Notes: a model not told the origin generated them from the letters alone. DNA of 56,975 nucleotides from a virus (IMGVR_UViG_3300034093_002880:1-56975), one strand, 5' to 3'. Positions 9,936 to 21,439 are shown, numbered from the stretch's first letter. Made by a program: numbers and translations.

Positions 9936-12900
9936 TTATGTGTCAAAACGCACGATAATGTTGAGAGGCCAATCAATTAAGTTTTTTATAGGTCTTCCAA
10001 GTTTACCAATCGCCACAAGTTCGTTATTATCATACAAGCCTATTGTTGTTATAAAAGGAGCAAGAAACGACCCAGTTGGGTCATACGATGAAGATTGTTG
10101 ATACCCAAGGAATTCCGGGTTAACCTCAAAAGGAAAATTGCCACAATAACTGTCCAGATGTCCCACAATGTCTTTTACATATGTTCTGGTGGACGCGGGC
10201 GACGTGTATGTTGACAGGGTAGTAGGATTTAACTTTCCAAAATAATACAAAGCTAAAATATAACCGTCGTTTAAATTTATCTTACCGTCGCCATCAATGT
10301 CCAACAAATTGGTCGAAACTAAGTTTGTTTCTATACAATCGAATGCGACTTTTGTAAATGCGTTGAACGAGGAACTTGCCAAGTATTGAGTGTATTCTCC
10401 TTCTTGTAGTAAAACATCCTCGGACTCGGTTTGTAAAATATCATTTCCCCACCAACTATAATCTCCCAAGGAATCTTGGTCCAATATGATTCCATTATCA
10501 TCAAACACAAATTCGTCGTAGAATTTCTTGCGTTTTAGGTATCGCATTATTAAATCCACGTCTTGATAGTCAAACACGCCATCTTGATTGACGTCGAACG
10601 CCAGTGGATTTTGAACCAATGCCGACGGGTTTGTGCTGTAATTGAATTCTCCCGGACGAACGCTGACTAAATATTCATGTTCGTATATGGTGTGGGTTCC
10701 TTGATAGTTTAATTCAAATCCACGAGACCCGGTTGATGTGAGTATTTTAGAGTAATTTGACGCAGTGTTGGTGATCGTGAAGTATCCATTCTTATAGAAT
10801 GCATTTCCAATTAGTGGGCCATTTTCATATTGATTTAAATCGTAAACAAACACGGAGCCGGAATACGACGACGGAAAGGATGCGGACAGTTGTGTGTTCT
10901 GATTTATAATATCAGTAAAAGACCCCGCGTCCGCCTCGTTGGCTATAGGCCCACCAACTGTCAAGAAATCGGAGCAGACCGACACGGAATATCCGTAAAT
11001 ATTGTATGGGGAATTTTGTTCTTTATTTCTTCGCAGTTCGCTCGTGCGTGCCCACGTGTTGGAAGATTCATTGTAATTGTATACTTCCACTCTACCAAGA
11101 ACAGAATCTCCCGACGCAGAAGACTCATATGAAAAGTTTTCCAACACGTACGACCCACCGGAAAATTCCACTGTGCGAGTTAGTGTATCGGACCACGCGG
11201 TCACTGCCGCAGTACTTCCGTCGATGGATACTGCACGGCCAAAATTGTTGTCGATTGAATTTTCTCGATTGCCGAACGATTTCAACAGCAACTCGTATGC
11301 CCACCGCTCACATGAAACATCATACTGGTCTCGGTAGAAGTATGCCGAACCAAGAACCGATGCATTTCCTGTATATCCGGCGTAAGGTATGAAAGATTTG
11401 TCGGCCAGACAACCAACCACCAAATTAACTCCGTCTATAGAAACGTCGGTCCCGAACCCGTCCGTGACTATCGTAGATGATACGTCGGTAGAATACAACG
11501 GAGATGTTTGGTCCAAATCTCCAAACAAGTCGTTGCCTCTCAACACATTATATTCGGTCCATGACGCTGTCGGGCACGCGCCAATAGACGCACTCGTGAA
11601 CGAACACGTAAACACGGATGCATAACCGGAACCGGCTTTATTTGTTCCGACAGCTATTCTGTTACCACTCACTTCAACGGACCATCCAAATTTATCTCCG
11701 GATTGTGCTTGACTTGACGTGATGAATGTTTCGTATATCCACGTGTAATTGCCGGATATAAATGTCGGAGTGGCGCGTTCTGACCACAGTAACGAACTTG
11801 TGCCATCCACCAACTCAGTCTCAAGTTGGGAACAGAAGTTTTGTTCCTCCGAGACTTCTTGCCAAAACGAACTCGTGGCCACGTTGTAACACGAGTCCGA
11901 GTCCATATATCGTTTTCTTTTGAATATGTATACTACGCCACTTCCGCTAACATTTGGGGCACCGACGGCAAGTGTGTCCCCGTCTATGGCAACTGCGTGA
12001 CCAAACCTGTCATCGTTCGACCCGCCTTCTAAAATATTGATTAATCCCCAATTGTCCGAGCCTCCCTTGTATCTATCATACACATACACAAACCCGGAAT
12101 ACGACCCGGAAGATTCGCAAATAGACCCGGATGGTGCACCGACAGCAAAAAAATTGTCTCTGATTGCGACGGAGTATCCAAAGGTGTCTTCAAAATAAGA
12201 CGAGCTGTTGGTCAAGCTTTCCAGAGATAAAAAGTCGCCGCTTTCCAGTGCTCTTAAAATTGAATTATTCGAAGCTAATTCGTCGGCGAGACCATTCTGA
12301 GTGAATGGGGAGAAGAACTTCTTGACTAGGCGATGTGCGCTGATTGCATCGTCGTATTTAAATATTGCCGAATATCCTATTCTGGCAGTCGATAGACTGT
12401 ATTGGTCCATCGATGACCCAACCGCTATGTATTTATACCAAGAGCTTATTGATTCCCCGAAATGTTCATTTTCCGGGCGAAAGCAATCTCGGTTTGTGGA
12501 GGTGTCCCATTTCCAAGACCCACTGGAAGGAGTGTATGAAACCTCAAGTCCCATGTCCATATACTCTTTGGCGGCGGCTGCGCTTACTTTTTCCGTTTCT
12601 CCGTTGTTATACGAAACGTAGAAATCTCCGGATGCGCTATCCCAATAAGGGGTTGGGCCTAAATTTTTTACGCCACCGAGTCTAACGTCGGACGGAAAGT
12701 GTGAACCGGTTATGAATAAATTAGAATATCCATCGTCATATATCTTATATGTTTCGTGAATGTTGGAATTGTCTATTATTTCGATGGTGTTTGGTCGAAC
12801 TTTTTCTCCCCAAACATTGTGTTTGAGTGTTGCCGTGACCACTCTGTCGTGTATGTTACGAACCTCTTGACGGCCAGTCGAATCTTGATTATATCTTTCT

Positions 12901-13205
12901 ACACCAAAAAGTTGAAGTGGGTCTTGTTTATTTTTATAAAACATCGTTTCCGTTAAACTGTGCACGTTTCTCCCGTACTTGCCGGATGTATTTATAAACT
13001 CCGACCCAGAGTCGAAATATTGACTGCCCGATGGATAGAATATTGTATTTAGCCTAGTTCCAATATTAATCTCCAATTTGTTATTGTAATATGTGCTTGC
13101 ACCATATGAATCAACGCTCGCGGAATCGACGCTTTGGATGTTCCAATGCTTGAACGTCTTAAATGGCCTGACTGTAATATCTCCCGCAGAAAACTGCTTA
13201 ATCAT
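9936..13205 (-). CDS. Baseplate or tail structural protein with an FG-GAP-type propeller and dockerin/EF-hand-like motifs
   Basis: Repeated FG.SV.I.G..LAVGAP blades; DVNQDGVFDYQD and DIDGDGKINLND; C-terminal ITTIGLYD..ELVAIGKL..P. Confidence 0.75.
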   Translation of the reverse strand: MIKQFSAGDITVRPFKTFKHWNIQSVDSASVDSYGASTYYNNKLEINIGTRLNTIFYPSGSQYFDSGSEFINTSGKYGRNVHSLTETMFYKNKQDPLQLFGVERYNQDSTGRQEVRNIHDRVVTATLKHNVWGEKVRPNTIEIIDNSNIHETYKIYDDGYSNLFITGSHFPSDVRLGGVKNLGPTPYWDSASGDFYVSYNNGETEKVSAAAAKEYMDMGLEVSYTPSSGSWKWDTSTNRDCFRPENEHFGESISSWYKYIAVGSSMDQYSLSTARIGYSAIFKYDDAISAHRLVKKFFSPFTQNGLADELASNNSILRALESGDFLSLESLTNSSSYFEDTFGYSVAIRDNFFAVGAPSGSICESSGSYSGFVYVYDRYKGGSDNWGLINILEGGSNDDRFGHAVAIDGDTLAVGAPNVSGSGVVYIFKRKRYMDSDSCYNVATSSFWQEVSEEQNFCSQLETELVDGTSSLLWSERATPTFISGNYTWIYETFITSSQAQSGDKFGWSVEVSGNRIAVGTNKAGSGYASVFTCSFTSASIGACPTASWTEYNVLRGNDLFGDLDQTSPLYSTDVSSTIVTDGFGTDVSIDGVNLVVGCLADKSFIPYAGYTGNASVLGSAYFYRDQYDVSCERWAYELLLKSFGNRENSIDNNFGRAVSIDGSTAAVTAWSDTLTRTVEFSGGSYVLENFSYESSASGDSVLGRVEVYNYNESSNTWARTSELRRNKEQNSPYNIYGYSVSVCSDFLTVGGPIANEADAGSFTDIINQNTQLSASFPSSYSGSVFVYDLNQYENGPLIGNAFYKNGYFTITNTASNYSKILTSTGSRGFELNYQGTHTIYEHEYLVSVRPGEFNYSTNPSALVQNPLAFDVNQDGVFDYQDVDLIMRYLKRKKFYDEFVFDDNGIILDQDSLGDYSWWGNDILQTESEDVLLQEGEYTQYLASSSFNAFTKVAFDCIETNLVSTNLLDIDGDGKINLNDGYILALYYFGKLNPTTLSTYTSPASTRTYVKDIVGHLDSYCGNFPFEVNPEFLGYQQSSSYDPTGSFLAPFITTIGLYDNNELVAIGKLGRPIKNLIDWPLNIIVRFDT

Positions 13206-13260
13206 ATAGAGATAAATATAACCGACTCGGTAGTATTCCCTCGACCGGTTGCGAGATTAA

Positions 13261-14388
13261 TCAAACGTCTATCTTAATTTTTATAAGGCACTCGTTCGTG
13301 AAATCTTTCAATAACGGCTGGCTCAACTTTGCCACAGCCACCAAATCGTTGTTTTCATTGTATAATCCAACCGATGTGATGTATACCTTCGGATTTGTAT
13401 AGAAATCAGTAAATCTCAATTTTCCGATATCCTGAGTATTTGTCGGTTTATCATTTGCTGATATAACGAAGGTTGGGTTATTGGAATAATTATACTCTTG
13501 ATTCTTAACTCGGACGAAAAAGTGTCTTGCTGGTACGTACTCAGTGACTCTTGCTTTCATTCCCTTGCCGCTGACCGCCGCTCCCATCTTTATAGATTGG
13601 AACAACAAGTTTTGCATTCTGGCGAAGCCGCCGCCCCAACCATTGATTGGGTCATTTATAGTTTTTCCGTCTACTTGACCAATTAGGGTTGATAGTGCAT
13701 TTGGATTCAATACTATGATTCCTAAGTCGGGATACATTGTTCCAATTCCTTCATAATTCTTAGTCTTTGTCGCCCCACCTAAAATTGTGCCCTGTATTAT
13801 ATTATATCTCTTTCCGCCGCTCTGTGTACCAGTGTCGGGATTGTCCCGAGAGTCGTCGATGAGGGTGATTGTTTTATCGCCATATACGCCACCGGAACCA
13901 CTTAGTGTTAGTTCAAACTGACCGGGGTCTAGTCGGTCCTTTACTTTGGCTGTGCGAAATGATATAACGTAGATTTGTTCAGAGTCGATGCCGGTCTGAT
14001 TTCCGGACGCATCGGTAGTAGCAAAAGTGAAACTGGAATCTCCGGGGGACAGCAGTAGATTGCGATACTGGTTGTATATTGCTTTCGTCGGGTATAATAG
14101 ACTTCCCTGTGACGAGCCCGTATCAAATGCAGAAGAACCAGACCCGGCGTAATGACCATAAGTCGCGGCAAAGTATATGTCCGCGCTTACCGATGATGTA
14201 GGCGCATCATATACATTGGTATAGTACAGACCATTCAATGGCTCGTATTGAGACGCGGAAGCCTCCGTTTGGCGGCTGCTGGTGTAGAACGAGGTCCAAC
14301 TAGTCTCTCCATCACTCCACATGCCGGTAGACACTGGTTGTGTTCTTCCTGCCACTATGTCACCACTTTCAAATGTTTTAAAAATCAT
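13261..14388 (-). CDS. Baseplate structural protein (C-terminus paralogous to 9936-13205)
   Basis: E.NYS.NP and ITSVGLYNENNDLVAVAKLSQP shared with the neighbouring gene; tail-collar/baseplate-type motif. Confidence 0.7.
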   Translation of the reverse strand: MIFKTFESGDIVAGRTQPVSTGMWSDGETSWTSFYTSSRQTEASASQYEPLNGLYYTNVYDAPTSSVSADIYFAATYGHYAGSGSSAFDTGSSQGSLLYPTKAIYNQYRNLLLSPGDSSFTFATTDASGNQTGIDSEQIYVISFRTAKVKDRLDPGQFELTLSGSGGVYGDKTITLIDDSRDNPDTGTQSGGKRYNIIQGTILGGATKTKNYEGIGTMYPDLGIIVLNPNALSTLIGQVDGKTINDPINGWGGGFARMQNLLFQSIKMGAAVSGKGMKARVTEYVPARHFFVRVKNQEYNYSNNPTFVISANDKPTNTQDIGKLRFTDFYTNPKVYITSVGLYNENNDLVAVAKLSQPLLKDFTNECLIKIKIDV

Positions 14389-14399
14389 GCGAGTAAATA

Positions 14400-15035
14400 T
14401 TATGTTGTTCCCGGAACATTTACGGTGACTGGGATTGTAACCGAGCCTCCGCTTTCGTTTCCTATCACAGTAAGAGTTGTTGTGATGGTTTGAGTCAACG
14501 AAGAATTAGGAACGAACCTGAATCTCAACCCCAGCGCAACCTGTGCAGTTGTTGACGAAACGTCCCCTATGAATGTCGGGATTGTCGCATTAGTGACAGT
14601 CTGCAACTGTTCGCCTATTATCGTACCAACCGACTTGTTTGATAATATCGCGGTATAACCAAGTGTGGTATTATAGACCGGATTTGTTGACGGTACCACG
14701 ACAACTTCACCCTTGTAATCTTTGTCCACGTAAATTGAACTTTGTCCGAGTGATATCACCGGAATAGATGTAACCCCGGCTGGTAGGGTGACCAACTTAG
14801 ATTTTAACAGTTGGGTTTCGTCGGTGAATGCTTCGAATATTGGTATATTGCGAATAGCCAAATCATAGTATGCGGACCCTTGTGGGTGATTTGGTTGGTA
14901 CAGGCGGTAATCAATCTCGTCGTCGCCCAATGCGTACGAGGTGATGTTCAATCCGCCACGAGATGCGAGCAATTCTCTGCCTTTTTTTGTGAACGTCGCA
15001 TCGACGGTTACGATTTCATTGTTGATATACGCCAT
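14400..15035 (-). CDS. Baseplate or tail-collar structural protein
   Basis: TKKGRELLA...ITSYALGD motif typical of tail-collar fibre N-termini; gene context. Confidence 0.65.
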   Translation of the reverse strand: MAYINNEIVTVDATFTKKGRELLASRGGLNITSYALGDDEIDYRLYQPNHPQGSAYYDLAIRNIPIFEAFTDETQLLKSKLVTLPAGVTSIPVISLGQSSIYVDKDYKGEVVVVPSTNPVYNTTLGYTAILSNKSVGTIIGEQLQTVTNATIPTFIGDVSSTTAQVALGLRFRFVPNSSLTQTITTTLTVIGNESGGSVTIPVTVNVPGTT

Positions 15036-15085
15036 ATAGTGTTACTTTCTCAATAAATATACAAGTTTTTACTTTTTTTACCGTT

Positions 15086-18000
15086 TTACACGGTTTTTGT
15101 TTCTATCGGGTCACTGTTGTCTAATAGTCCGGTGCTTGGGTCCACAGTCGTCTTTTTATTCTGGCTGCTCTTTTTCCATTTAAAAGAAACTTTATTGTCT
15201 TCGTCATAGGAAGCAATCTCTTTCATCGAGAATTGTTTTCTTCCGTATTTATAATGATTTGGGAAATATCCATGCAAGAGAAATGCATTTTTTGGATAAT
15301 TTTCCATACTTATTTCTTTTTTATACGAGTTATTAGACCCCAGTGGCCCAAAAATATTTCCTTGGGTTTTTTTCGAAAATTCAGTCATAATGGAACCGCC
15401 CTCGGTCTCGGACACAAATTTTATATTATATAGGCTACCACTTAGCCCATGAATATTGGGAACTGCTCCGTATATATTTCCCTCGAATGTCTGTGCTCCA
15501 TCGGAGTTCCAGTCGAAGAATCCAGAATAAGTTACGGGGTATTGTCCATCAAAGTTGCCAATAATATTTAATCCCGGAGAATAAATATAAGACTGCACAA
15601 ATCCCGGCAAGTTCACTTGTCGCGGGTCGTATAGGGCCACATTTGACCCAGATAAAATTCCCTTGACCGAATGGCTGGATGTTATCGGATAGTCTCCCCA
15701 CCCACGGGCTGGACCATAGAATCCAACACTGCCACTGAAATGCAATGAGCCAGATATATTACCAATGTTTGACATGGACATTGTCATAGGATATTCCGAA
15801 ATATTCGGAAGCTTTGTCATGTTTATCTTATAAAAAGACTGAGTGATTGTCTGCAATGTCCCATTCGAATTAAATCTCACATCATAGTCTGTTACTTGAG
15901 ATTTCGGTAGGGCGACATCTCTATATGTTTGGTACGCACGAGAAACTTTGATAACGTCCGCTCTGTAATATTCGTCTTTATAGTACGTGATACCATCCGA
16001 AGAGAAAACGTTAAATCCAAATTGATCTTGGTCCAGTGGATAAAATGTCTGGTTTATGTCGTTAGAAATGGACATACCAGAATAATTCGTGCGCATCTCT
16101 CCACTAGATTGTAATATATTGGTAGCATTGACGGTTTTGTCCACCACAACCTCCGCAAATTTTTGCCCTATGTTTTCTTGAGACATCGGCTTGAGTTGAA
16201 TCTTCGGTCGCTCCAATATGGATGGCTCAATCAATATACCATCTACGAGTTTAGCTCTCGCCGGTATGATTGATTTTATATATTTAAACATCGCCTTGTC
16301 GAAATAAAATCTCACCACGTTCATAAAGAATTGGTAATCTATATTTCCAAATCCTTGGTCGTAGTACATCTGGCGAAAGTTCTCAAATCTTTGGTATGAG
16401 CGTTCATATACGGACGACGGGTCGCCAATTAAGTCCGATAGAGGATAGTCTCCGAAGAATTTTATAATCTCGGAATTCTGTATCTCACTTGGAGAAAAGA
16501 ATATTCCAAGTTTATTGGAATCCACCGATATCAATTCACTCGACTTGACGGAGGACCGAGTGTCCGATGATAGGTTTGATATCAATTCTTGTTCCACGTA
16601 ATTTATTTTATTAGTTCTAAATTTACTTGACCCATAATCTGGTAGTCGCATGACTTGTCTAGTATCTTTTCGCGTGAACTGGTACGGGAATGTGCTAACA
16701 TATACCGACGCACATTCCGTCGGTGTGGACAAATCAGCTGGAGACTGTTTGAAGTTTATCGCTCGAAATGTGGGAAAATCTTTCCGAAAAGCCAAATTAT
16801 TCAGAGTTGTTCCATATACATCGTACAAATCTACCGGGCGTTCGAACGAAATTCTGAACAAATTCTCGGAAATCATTTGCACGGGAGACTCCAGATTGTA
16901 AGAATTCTGGTGAAGTGTATGGTCAGAGAATCTACTATCGCTAATAGCAGACTCCCAGATTTTTATATCGTCTATGTTTCCAAAGAAAGCTTCCGGGTCG
17001 ACGTTCAAAGACGCGGTAGATTGGTTATAATTGCCGATATAAACATAATTTCCAACCGAAAACTCGGAGTTATAGCTTCCGCTCATAAACACACTGGCAG
17101 ATGCGGCAAATGTGATATGGTCGTCGCCCGCCTTTTCTACTTTCAAATCATATCGTACCGGATAATTAAAATCATTTTCGGAAACACCAAATCCCGCGTA
17201 GATTGGGTTTTTTCTAATCATTGCATGATAAGTGTTTCCGTCAAATATTGGAGCTTTACCGGTCATCACTGTTTTGACGTTTCCGCTACCATTGTCCAAA
17301 CTAAAGAATAGTCTCCCCCAGTCGGTCCCACGCTCCCTGTATGCACCAACCAGCCACGACCCCGAACAGTTGACCAACCTGAACACAGTACCTTCGTCAT
17401 TCACATTACCGTCGTCGAACGAAAAATTAAATTCTAGTGTTCTTGCACTGCCCGTCCAATTGAGTTCGAAATATTCTCCACTTCCGCTGAAATATGGTTC
17501 ATATTTTACCTCGTCTATTATATGCAGGGATGTATCAGACAAATTGTGCGCGTCTTGTATTCCACCATATTCTTTTATTTTTATTATATTCTTCGGTACA
17601 CCGAAGCATGAGAATAGAGCAGTCAACGATGCTTCGGTTCCTTTTGTTTTGTAAATGTAAGGTAGAGTATTAAGGATTCGCTTCCATATAATCTGGTTGC
17701 GTTCCTCTTCTGAAAATTCTCTTGCTTTATTGTAAGAATCCGTCCCGACGTCAAAGTCTCGTTTCGAGAATGACGCCAATATCAACGGGAGATTTTCTCG
17801 TGACATCTCAGTTTCCCATCCGAGCGATCTCAACATGTCTCCCACTATAGATAGCGATGCTCCGTAGTTAGGAGAATTTGCATAATTATTTTTTTCTGTA
17901 AATTGCTTAACCAGCAGGGAAATATTGTCGAAGAAATGTCCGACCATACCAACGAATACAACATAATCTTGGTTCTGGGCATAGTCTTCTACGACAAATT

Positions 18001-19804
18001 GTGGAAGATTATTTATCAGAGAATTTCTGTTGTCGGAATCGTACAACGATGCGGACTGGTAGTGTACATCGTACCACGCAATATTATTATATAGAAACTT
18101 TTCATAGCCATCCATCGACGTCTCTATCCCGTCGATCTCGACGTTCGCGTCCGTCTTTTCTTTCAAATAGAATTGATCGAGTGGGTTGCTTTGAAGTTTC
18201 GTGTCTATATCGCTAATATGGGCCTGCAAATTTCCGATTTGATTTCGTTTGTAGTCAAACCCTTCCACGCGCAGCTTTGCGGATGAAAAATTTACGAACT
18301 CCGAGAAATATCTATAATTAGTATTGTCGATGAATCCGAGTTGTTTGTTTTCCACCTTAGCTATCAACTCGTCGTACAGACTTCCGCTCTCGTTTATGAG
18401 TTCTTCCATCGACAGTGCTTCGGTTGAATTGCCCGCATTCTCGATTTTTACCAAGAAGTTAGGTCCACGCAATTGCACAGTAGCTATCGTCTGCGGTGTA
18501 AAATAATATACATTCTGAACAATTGGAAGGAACCCAAAGTTATTTGTTACCCATACTTCATCGCCCTTGGACACGCCCATTGGAAGGGGGGAGGCCAGCT
18601 TGATAACAAGCTTGTCGTGAAACTTCGGGTCCGTCGCCAATATGACCTTTTTATTTATAACAGAATATGCTCGGTCGGAAGACAAATTCACGACGAACTT
18701 AAAGTATCCGGACAAGTCTTCCGAGTAATTTGATTCAATCTTACCCAACTGGGGGTAAAATAGGAAGTTGTAATAAATCGTTGATAAAAATGCGACAATT
18801 AAATCGTAATTTTCTGGCTTCTTATTTGTAATGCGATTCAGTTCTTGGTCTATTATAACTCTAACTAGCCCATAATAATAATTTTGCAATTCCGATAGAC
18901 TCGCCCCTGCCTCGTAATTTAATAGCAGCCAATTTTTAAATTGGTCGTACACTCCAAGAATATCATTCTCGGCGTATTGCCCATTGCTGCGAAGGGTTCC
19001 TTTTTTTACGCCGTAATACACATCGGTCACGAACGCCACGGCGTCCATATCGCTATTTCTTGCGGTTGCTCCGTAGTTTTTAATGGTATCGGACCCGGAT
19101 GCGACTTGAACCATGCGCGATGTAAATCCGTAGTTGAATTTAAATTCGGATGCACCAATTGGTGTGATTTCCACCGCGGAATGATACGCCGAGTAAATGT
19201 TTGGTCCGGATATACTATCCAACAAATCTTGTGCTATGTCCTTTATAGGTATTTTGTTGGACGAGAACAATTCAAATTGGTCGGACAGAGTCGAAGAAAC
19301 GCCTCTCAGAGTTTTTGGAATCAGTGCGATTTCGTCTCGCGAATTTGATATTTCATCTATAACAACTCTATTGGAAGTTGGTCGCTCGTCCCCGACGATA
19401 TTTCTTAGTAATTCTATAGTTACTTTGTAATTTCCATCCGGAATACTCACTGAATTCAAAACTTTGGAGACATCCAAAAATAACGACCTCGTCTCTGTGC
19501 CAAGCACTGGCCAATCACTCGTGAATGTCTTGTATGAGTATGTTACATTTTTGTTGAATGGGTCAAAATACGATTGAGTATATTCTTTATATTCTCCGCT
19601 GGAATACATAAACGATGAAGTTATAATCGCATCTGAAAAATCATATACCGAAAGTTTTACTATATCGTTCGGTGACGAGCCGAATGGAAAATTCATCGAC
19701 GAACTGCCGTCCGTTAAAAACTGCAACTGCGATTCCGTCATTGTGGAACCAACGCTCAAAGACGAGGTCGAGGCGGTTTTATATAGAATGTCGGATAGAA
19801 TCAT
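15086..19804 (-). CDS. Large baseplate wedge protein (gp7 / P2 gpI-like) with a LamG-like domain
   Basis: LPYIYKTKGTEASL...FG...I.IKEYGG wedge motif; FFGNIDDIKIWESAIS LamG-type terminal strand. Confidence 0.7.
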   Translation of the reverse strand: MILSDILYKTASTSSLSVGSTMTESQLQFLTDGSSSMNFPFGSSPNDIVKLSVYDFSDAIITSSFMYSSGEYKEYTQSYFDPFNKNVTYSYKTFTSDWPVLGTETRSLFLDVSKVLNSVSIPDGNYKVTIELLRNIVGDERPTSNRVVIDEISNSRDEIALIPKTLRGVSSTLSDQFELFSSNKIPIKDIAQDLLDSISGPNIYSAYHSAVEITPIGASEFKFNYGFTSRMVQVASGSDTIKNYGATARNSDMDAVAFVTDVYYGVKKGTLRSNGQYAENDILGVYDQFKNWLLLNYEAGASLSELQNYYYGLVRVIIDQELNRITNKKPENYDLIVAFLSTIYYNFLFYPQLGKIESNYSEDLSGYFKFVVNLSSDRAYSVINKKVILATDPKFHDKLVIKLASPLPMGVSKGDEVWVTNNFGFLPIVQNVYYFTPQTIATVQLRGPNFLVKIENAGNSTEALSMEELINESGSLYDELIAKVENKQLGFIDNTNYRYFSEFVNFSSAKLRVEGFDYKRNQIGNLQAHISDIDTKLQSNPLDQFYLKEKTDANVEIDGIETSMDGYEKFLYNNIAWYDVHYQSASLYDSDNRNSLINNLPQFVVEDYAQNQDYVVFVGMVGHFFDNISLLVKQFTEKNNYANSPNYGASLSIVGDMLRSLGWETEMSRENLPLILASFSKRDFDVGTDSYNKAREFSEEERNQIIWKRILNTLPYIYKTKGTEASLTALFSCFGVPKNIIKIKEYGGIQDAHNLSDTSLHIIDEVKYEPYFSGSGEYFELNWTGSARTLEFNFSFDDGNVNDEGTVFRLVNCSGSWLVGAYRERGTDWGRLFFSLDNGSGNVKTVMTGKAPIFDGNTYHAMIRKNPIYAGFGVSENDFNYPVRYDLKVEKAGDDHITFAASASVFMSGSYNSEFSVGNYVYIGNYNQSTASLNVDPEAFFGNIDDIKIWESAISDSRFSDHTLHQNSYNLESPVQMISENLFRISFERPVDLYDVYGTTLNNLAFRKDFPTFRAINFKQSPADLSTPTECASVYVSTFPYQFTRKDTRQVMRLPDYGSSKFRTNKINYVEQELISNLSSDTRSSVKSSELISVDSNKLGIFFSPSEIQNSEIIKFFGDYPLSDLIGDPSSVYERSYQRFENFRQMYYDQGFGNIDYQFFMNVVRFYFDKAMFKYIKSIIPARAKLVDGILIEPSILERPKIQLKPMSQENIGQKFAEVVVDKTVNATNILQSSGEMRTNYSGMSISNDINQTFYPLDQDQFGFNVFSSDGITYYKDEYYRADVIKVSRAYQTYRDVALPKSQVTDYDVRFNSNGTLQTITQSFYKINMTKLPNISEYPMTMSMSNIGNISGSLHFSGSVGFYGPARGWGDYPITSSHSVKGILSGSNVALYDPRQVNLPGFVQSYIYSPGLNIIGNFDGQYPVTYSGFFDWNSDGAQTFEGNIYGAVPNIHGLSGSLYNIKFVSETEGGSIMTEFSKKTQGNIFGPLGSNNSYKKEISMENYPKNAFLLHGYFPNHYKYGRKQFSMKEIASYDEDNKVSFKWKKSSQNKKTTVDPSTGLLDNSDPIETKTV

Positions 19805-20022
19805 AGTTGATTAAAATTAACGTCGTATGCAGTCTCCACTTTAGTTGGGTTATATATAACATTTGTCAATGGTATAGTGATAGAAGACGAATACATTTGG
19901 TATTTGACATTTTGTATCGCGAGATTTGCGTACGAATCTATTCGTGGGGATATAGATGCACTGGTATACAACTTTTCTATGTCTGATTGACTATATCCCA
20001 CCATGTATGGATTGACTTTCAT
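19801..20022 (-). CDS. Hypothetical baseplate-region protein
   Basis: 73 aa with ATGA overlaps on both sides. Confidence 0.7.
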   Translation of the reverse strand: MKVNPYMVGYSQSDIEKLYTSASISPRIDSYANLAIQNVKYQMYSSSITIPLTNVIYNPTKVETAYDVNFNQL

Positions 20023-21356
20023 CTTGAAATTTTAAATGTGGTTGGGACCGAGAATGTCATTATTGAGCCACTCTGTTCCGACCGAATCTCAATTTTGAAA
20101 TATCTCTCTTGAGGAAGTCCGGTCGTATCTAGCATAAAGAAGTTGCCGTTTGCATCAAAACTCAATCTCGTATAATTATCATATGGGAGGACCAAATCCT
20201 CGCTTTCGGCATCTTTGACAGAATAGAAACTGTTGTATGGTAATGCGTATGGAACAAGATAGTCCGATAATCTGTTGGTGAATGTTTTTGTTGGGTAGCG
20301 TTTTCTAGCCGAAACATCCAGTCTTAGCACAGCTCCGCTTTTGTATTCTTTGGTCATATTTTTTATACTGACCACGGTATCATTGAGTCTAACTTCATCA
20401 CTTCCGGTGACAAACGTACTGTCATCCCATGCAACATCTATGTACGGAGAATATATTGTATTGGATTCCTTGGAAAAGAACTTCAAACTGCCGTAATCTA
20501 CGGAGCTTGATTCGTCACTGTGCATCAATATTATCCCATTGTTAACAATTGTCCGGGACAACCAAGCATTCACTATTGTAGTCACGTCCATCTTAACGTC
20601 GGACGTCTCGTAATCAAATGTCTGGTAGCACGCAAATCCGCCCGTAACTGGTTGTATCACGGACGCTGTTGGTGCCACGTAACTAGATGTTGGGCACTCT
20701 GGGTACGGATTGTATGGGTCTACGAATGGAGGCTCGGCATATCCGGAACCATATCCGATAAGACTTGCGGATACCCACCATTTACCGCCACCGGAGCAGT
20801 CTTTCAGAGAGCCACTATACCACCGACTGGTCTGTGCGGCATCGAGATACTTCCAGTTAACACCGTTTGCATATGCTTGTCCGTCATACTTGTACCCGGT
20901 ACCCATGCTCCAAGTTACTGCTAGTGGATATGCGACCAATGTATACGCTATTGGAATCTCCACTGCGTTACAAGTTTTGAGATTCAAATAAAATTTCGGG
21001 TTCGTAATTTCTCCGGATGAAATTGAAGAGGATATTCCCTGCAAGTTGAATTGCAACAAAGCTCTGGATAACACCGATCCCAGCGACGTATCCCCGGTGG
21101 CTGTTATATACGAACTGGACACGACGTGTGGGTCGGTGGACCCGGAATCGAATGATGCCGACATTGAGCCGGACAGCAACTCCAGACTTGAGCTTGTATA
21201 TCCGACTAAACTAGAATACGTTGTGGAGCTGGCACAACTGGTCGCAGATATGCGCTTTTCTACTTCGAGAATTTCGTCAATTCCGGTATTTTTTAATGTG
21301 TACGCCGGGTCATTTGAAATGAAAGCGTCTTTGGTTGGATATAAAAAGTAATGCAT
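20019..21356 (-). CDS. Virion protein with a DNRLRE/CBM96-like domain
   Basis: YPTKDAFI, SRALLQF, DVT.IV.AW, N.G, F.SKE...P pattern; start refined to ATG at 21356. Confidence 0.65.
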   Translation of the reverse strand: MHYFLYPTKDAFISNDPAYTLKNTGIDEILEVEKRISATSCASSTTYSSLVGYTSSSLELLSGSMSASFDSGSTDPHVVSSSYITATGDTSLGSVLSRALLQFNLQGISSSISSGEITNPKFYLNLKTCNAVEIPIAYTLVAYPLAVTWSMGTGYKYDGQAYANGVNWKYLDAAQTSRWYSGSLKDCSGGGKWWVSASLIGYGSGYAEPPFVDPYNPYPECPTSSYVAPTASVIQPVTGGFACYQTFDYETSDVKMDVTTIVNAWLSRTIVNNGIILMHSDESSSVDYGSLKFFSKESNTIYSPYIDVAWDDSTFVTGSDEVRLNDTVVSIKNMTKEYKSGAVLRLDVSARKRYPTKTFTNRLSDYLVPYALPYNSFYSVKDAESEDLVLPYDNYTRLSFDANGNFFMLDTTGLPQERYFKIEIRSEQSGSIMTFSVPTTFKISR

Positions 21357-21439
21357 TGCGTTATAAATAAATATCAAGTCCGCCGCAATCTTTGCTGTTT
21401 ATCTTGCTTTCTAAAGGTCGTGGTAACTCGACCAATAAA

